From Bilabrum cf. latius (taxonomy: Eukaryota): DNA of 64,000 nt. This document shows positions 58,845-64,000 of the stretch, one piece after another. The notes under the pieces were generated by a model. That model had not been told where the DNA came from, did not search any database, and was given only the letters and a program-made list of their open reading frames with translations. The position numbers and the translations under genes are program-made. The stretch is from contig OZ237750.1 in assembly GCA_965178125.1 (NCBI GenBank), positions 806,001-870,000 on the forward strand, given 5' to 3'. Position 1 is the stretch's first letter. Every line of letters starts with the position of its first letter.

Positions 58845-60496
58845 TCACTGACTTTTGCGCTGGTCTCGCTGCTCCTCGTCACCCTCCGCCGGCTCGGGTG
58901 CCACCGCAGCCGCCGCCCCCGACTGCAGCAGCAGGGCCGCCACTCCCATGAGCCCTGCTCCAGCGACACCGAGGCCGGCCGCCCCCTTCGCCTTGATGAG
59001 CTGCGTGCCCGCGGGTGGCGCCACCATCCGGATGAGCGAGCCCACGGTCATGTCCAGGCTGTTGATCGTGCCCTGCTGCCCGGGACCCACGGTGCTGGCC
59101 AGCTCGGCCGTGGTGATGGTCTGGATGAGGGAGGTGCACACGGTCATGGCGGTCAGCGCGAGGAGCACCCCGGCCATGGAGGCCCACCTGCCCAGAGCAG
59201 AGGACCAGGCAAAGGCTCCAAAGGCCGCCGCGATTCCCGCGATGCATCCCATCACCAGGTGTGTCTCCGACACGGCCGGGCTCCCCTTGGCCTTGCTGCC
59301 ACCGGCGGCCTTGGACCGAGTCACGGGGGCGATCTTGGCCCTGCTCCCGCGGCGGGGCCTGGCCCCTGCCTCACTCGCCTTGTGAGCGCCTTTGCCCATG
59401 GCCTCCTCCCCCTCTCCTTCCTCCTCATCTGCCCCAGCCACCCCCACGGGCGCCCTGGTGAGTCCCACCGCGAATGGCACCAGCACGGCCTGGCTGGCCA
59501 CTCCAACGATGCCCACGAAGCTCATGGTCAGCCCCACCTCCCTCTCCTGCCAGCCGTAGGCATCTTTGAGCAGCAGCGGCAGCAGCGATCGCATGGCCAT
59601 CGCGGCGGGCAGCATCGCCACGCGCAGCAGCATGATGGACCTAGCCCCGGGATTGGATCCCAGGAGAGTGAACAGGCCCAGGAGCCTGCCGCCGAGGCTC
59701 TGCGCCTACTCCTCCTCTTCTTTGTTCCCTGGCTTCGTCCTCTTCTTGTTGGATTGCTTGTCCGCATCGTGGCCCGCGGTGTTGTCCAGGAAGAGGAGAG
59801 AGGCCATGGAAAGCATGCTCAGGCCCGCGGCACCGATGGCCGGGGCCCGCTTGCCGAGGGTGGAGCTCAGGTATCCGCCCAGTGCGGGCCCGATGACCAC
59901 GCCGATGCCGTATCCGATGGAAGTCCAGCCACCCAGCTTGGCACGGGCCTCGGTGCTTGGGGCTCGGATGGAGAGGTACGTTCTTGAAGCCATCATGCCG
60001 TGCTGCAGCAGCGTCGGCAGCTGCCACACACCGAGCATGAAAACAGAGTCTACAGTCGCGTAGCCAAAGTAGCAAGCCGCCGATGCGGCAAAGTTCATGA
60101 TTAAAAGGGGTTTGACCCCGACGTAATCCATCAGCGGGCCGGTCAGCAGGCCCCCGATCACTTGAAGTATACCGAACCACGCCTGCAGGCTGGCGTAGGA
60201 GTCCTGAGCCCCAAGCTCTTCCACAAGGAACGGCAGCACAGGCTATTGCATCTGCGAACATTTTTAGCGTTGAATCGAATACCAGTGCCATCGCGAAACG
60301 GAATTAATCGTGGAGCCATGCTGTGCCACGTCGCAAAATGACTCACTTGAAAGGCGATGGCATATGCCGCCAAATTGGCGTAAACGATCCACATTCCTGG
60401 CGTCACATCGCCAACACCAAATAGTTTACCATTTGGCTTGTCGGGCATCGCAAGCCCCGCAGTTTGTTGAAGTATGTCGCCACTTGCCGTTGACAT
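58845..60496 (-). CDS. Major facilitator superfamily transporter (SLC22A18/TetA-like)
   Basis: Multiple hydrophobic helices; AFQMQ*PVLPFLV, GPLMDYVGVK, GIGVVIGPALGG. Intron 60252-60346; TAGs at 60243 and 59706; TGA end. Confidence 0.82.
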
Positions 60497-60574
60497 GGAC
60501 GAAATCCGGAACCGTGACGCGACATGTCACCCGAACGAAAGTTTTGCGGGCCACAGCGTCAGAAAGAGACCACC

Positions 60575-63500
60575 ATGCGACGGGGCGCCAGTTATTACCC
60601 TAGAGCAGAATCAACAACAGAGCAGAAGCGGCTGACTCGTTCAGAGAAGCGCTACGCGGACTGGTGAGTACATTGCAACGCTGCTCAGCTGCGCAGCACC
60701 GAATAGGCACCGCTGCACGCTATGTTTGGCTCTATTTTACAGTTGCTTGCAGGAAGTAGTTTGGTCCCTATGTTGGCGAGCGGGAGTGGGGAACCCTACG
60801 AAACAACTACTCTGCATCCGAAGATTCGTGGACAAATGGCATTACGCACGATCAGGCTAGAATGCAGGCGTACAGGTGGGCAGAGGATGGCATAGCTGGG
60901 TTTTGCAATCGGTATTAGAACATGTGTATGACGCTCGCTCTGTGGAACGGGCGCGACCCCATTCTAAAAGAACGCATGTTCGGATTGACAGGGCCAGAGG
61001 GGAACCACGGTGAAGATGGGAAGGAGCTGTACTTCTACGAGGACGCGAGCCCCACGGCGTCATACGCTCGATACAGGTACCTGTACCCCATGGACACGTT
61101 CCCGTACGAATCGCTGGTGCGCGAGAACGCTCGCCGCGGGCGGCACGACCTCGAGTTCGAGCTTCTGGACGCGACGGGGCCCGCTGCCCTGGCCAAGTGG
61201 CACTTCTGGGACGTCGTGGTAGAGTGGGCCAAGGCGGGCGAGCAGGACATTTGCTGCTTGATCACCGTGACGAATCGCAGCAGGGACCGGACAGAGACCA
61301 TCCACGTGCTGCCCCACCTCACCTTCCGCAACTGCTGGAGCTGGGGCTACGACTACCGGCGGCCGGCGGTGGTTGAAGTGCTGCCTGCAGGTGATGATGA
61401 AATTGGCTCTACTAATGGTAGCGCTACCGCGGCGTCCAGCCAACAAGAAGCAGCGACCAGCGCCACTGGCGCACAGAACAAAAGCTCAAGCCGAGAGGTG
61501 AGGTGCGTCGGATGGGAGCGCCACATCGGTGCGTTTCGGTGGAGCGTGCTGAACGGGGGTGCAGAGGACTCACCCGACCCGATCCTGCAGGAACACATCC
61601 GAGACCGCAAAGCCGCAGAGTCTAGCAGCGTTGGGCCTGGGGTCCAAGCCCGAGGCCAGCCGGTCGAGAGGCAACCAGGCGCGGGAGGCAGCGCCTACCT
61701 CGGGACAGACAACGAGAGCAACTTTGTGCGTCTGTTCGGACCCGCTGCCAAAGACTCCCAGCGCAGCTCGCACACAAAAGACGCGTTCCATAGCCACGTG
61801 GCCCGCGACGGCGTGCCACTGCCATCCCCTGGAGTAGCACTGGGCGCAAGTGCCGCATCGCAGGACTCGAGCGTGCCCTCGGCAGTCGGTCAGATCAAAC
61901 CCAAGGTCTCACCAGAGGGCGGAACCACCGGTCCTGAGTGCACCAAAGCAGCCGCCTGGTGCGTTGAGACGCTGCGCCCCGGGCAGCAGCTGCGCATCCG
62001 CTGTCGATTCAGGGCAGAGGGTGACGTGCTGGCGAGGTAGCGGCGCGCGGGCGCTCCCGGTCACAGCACCCCCGCCGGCTCGCCCCGCACTGCGGCCCGT
62101 GGCTCTTCCAGCGCGGTGGTACGAGGAATCCCTGGGGTGGGCAGCTCCTTCTAGGATGAGCAGGCCCTTCGCCACTTCGAGACGAGGCAGAGGCAGGAGT
62201 CCTCTGCCTCGCTCGCTGGGGCCGCCGCCGCGACCATGCACCCGCATGGGCACGGTGGCAGCGCGGGCAGCAGCATCGGCTCGCCCCCCGGCCTGGCCGC
62301 GGCCGAGTCCGTGACCCAGGCCGATCTCGGCATGGCGGTCTCTCCGCCGCAAGGGCGAGTAGGAGGCGGGGACCGGGCGCCGCCAGGCCCTGGTGCAGTC
62401 CAGAGGCAGGGTACCCTTGGCATGAAGATGGACGCGGCAGCGGACGACGGCTCCTCCTCCACGAGGAGCAGCCGGGCCCCGTCCTTCGACAATGTACTGC
62501 CTGATTTTGCCGTGCAGCAGATGGCCGCCGCGAGCGGGCAGCCCCATGCACCTGGGGTTCCAGCGAGCGGCAGCACTCCTGGCAGGCACCGCGCCTCGGG
62601 CAGCTCAGGCAGCTGGACCAACGCGGCTGCGCATGCCACTGGGCTCCCACCCGGCTTGATTCTCCGGCGCAACGACTCGACCGCAAGCGAGGAGTCGCTG
62701 GAGGCTATGGCGGAGATCGGCGGCATCCGCGTGGCGCGGGACGGGACCCTCACCTTCGACATGGATGGCGACCTGGACTTCGGTGATCGGGGTGCCGGGA
62801 CGCAGTCGCAATCGATGGCTGATACGCACACATCCAACGCGCTAGGTATGGGTGAAGCCGGCCCAGTCGGTGCTGGAGCAAGGCGTGCGCAAGGTAGCAA
62901 CGGCGTCGGGTCTGGCGATGAGGACGCAAGTCGAGGGTCATTCCAAGATCGCTTGCTCGGTGCTGCCATGGGAGCAGGCGGCTCGCCCACGGTCGGGAGC
63001 AGCAGTGATGACGATGACGGCGGCGCGTCGGGGCGTGCCGAACCGCGGCTTCGAGACCCGCGGATGGCCGTGGGTGGGGGCGGACTCGCGTCGGTGCGTG
63101 CCGCTGGTGACTTCGAGTCTTCGGATGCCGGCACACCGGTGGATGGTGTCGCGCTACCAAGCTGCCAGCCAGCCGAGGCAGACACGCTAGCGGTCACTGG
63201 CAGTGGTCCCGCCTCCGGTACAGCGCGTCGCAAGAAAGTCCCCGCCGATTTCCGGTTGGACGAGCTGCGCGAGCACGACGAGGCCAAGCGCCGCGCGGTG
63301 GCTCGCATGGCCGACATGGAGAGGAGCCGCGAGGTGGAGCCTGTCCTGCCGGTGGAGGGCCTGGGAGGCATCGTGCCCGAGGACCTTCTGGGCTCGGCCA
63401 GGGCCTCTCTCGTGCTGGACCGCTGCAAAGCGGTGCATGCAGATAGGCAGGCGGCGGGCCGCGCGCTGGTGTCGAGGAGGTACTACGGCGTGCTGGACCT

Positions 63501-64000
63501 TCTGCCGCCCCCTGCCGACGTGGATGCCGGCCACTGGCAGCTGTACTCGCACGAAGCGGGCAGCAGCTAGGAGGGGGTGCGGGCAGACGATGCGCCGCTG
63601 CTCCCAGTGGCTACTGGTCGGTGGCAGCCCTGGTCCGACTTTGATGCCGTGCTGGCCATTCGGCGCCAGGAAACCGACGAATTCTACGACTAGCTGCAGC
63701 CGCTATGCCTGTCGGATGACGACAGGCTGATCCAGCGGCAGGCGCTCGCAGGAATGATCTGGTCCAAAAAGTTCTACCACTTCGGAGTCGACATGTGGCT
63801 GCGCGGGGACCCTTCCTACCCCGCCCCTCCGTCCGACCGGGGTAAGGGAGGCAACGCCGAGTGGAGACACTTCTACTGCGACGCAGTGGTGAGTCTCCCG
63901 GCTCCGTGGGAGTACCCGTGGCCTGCCTGCTGGGACCTGTGCCTGCACACTCCCGCGCTGTGCCTCTTCGACCCCGAGTGGACCAAGCGGCAGCTGCTGC
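60575..64000 (+). CDS. GH63-like glucosidase (YMR196W-like), 3' end outside window
   Basis: WK*FGPYVGEREWGT, AYRWAEDGIAG, LALWNGRDPILKERMFGLTGPEGNHGEDGKELYFY, QRQALAGMIWSK, WEYPW..WDL. Intron 60664-60752; TAGs at 60757, 60916, 62038, 62152, 63568 and 63691. Confidence 0.85.

Noticed and set aside
1-64000. Interpreting the TAG-interrupted genes as pseudogenes or sequencing errors
   Set aside because: The interruptions are exclusively TAG (never TAA, TGA or frameshifts), affect nearly all genes including essential ones (GPN1, CPS), and fall on Gln positions.
1-64000. Pyrrolysine, or ciliate-type UAR=Gln (table 6) code
   Set aside because: TAG maps to ordinary Gln sites and no pyl genes are present. 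No internal TAA was found, and one gene ends in TAA, unlike table 6.

Overview
GC-rich, very gene-dense eukaryotic (protist-like) nuclear DNA with short GT-AG introns (mostly GTGAG...GCAG) and intergenic gaps of mostly about 100-300 nt. The supplied ORF track is fragmented because this genome does not use the standard code. Read by hand, in-frame TAG codons interrupt almost every gene, and the frames continue cleanly through them. TAG sits at conserved Gln positions (carbamoyl-phosphate synthase DPSYRG*VLVLTYP, sulfatase NAHC*MAICSASR, GH63-like CNRY*NMC) and inside CAG poly-Gln runs. I found no internal in-frame TAA or TGA in any traced exon. Of the 20 traced gene ends, 19 are TGA and one is TAA. 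The best reading is a nuclear code with UAG = Gln while UAA and UGA remain stops, a rare uncoupling of UAG from UAA. With that code the window resolves into about 22 protein genes: RRM protein, JMJD6-like, GRHPR, Schlafen/AlbA_2-like, COA1/Tim21-like, GPN1, an atypical TQH MAP kinase with an activation-loop insert of about 1,270 aa, SSADH, XRN-like, a G8-domain surface protein, sulfatase, thiolase, DUF4185-like, two alpha/beta hydrolases, fused GATase-CPSase, a bacterial-type glycosidase, MFS, GH63-like, and three hypotheticals. I could not support any rRNA, tRNA, CRISPR array or mobile element. All product calls are by motif recognition only; no database search was run, and several start codons are approximate.
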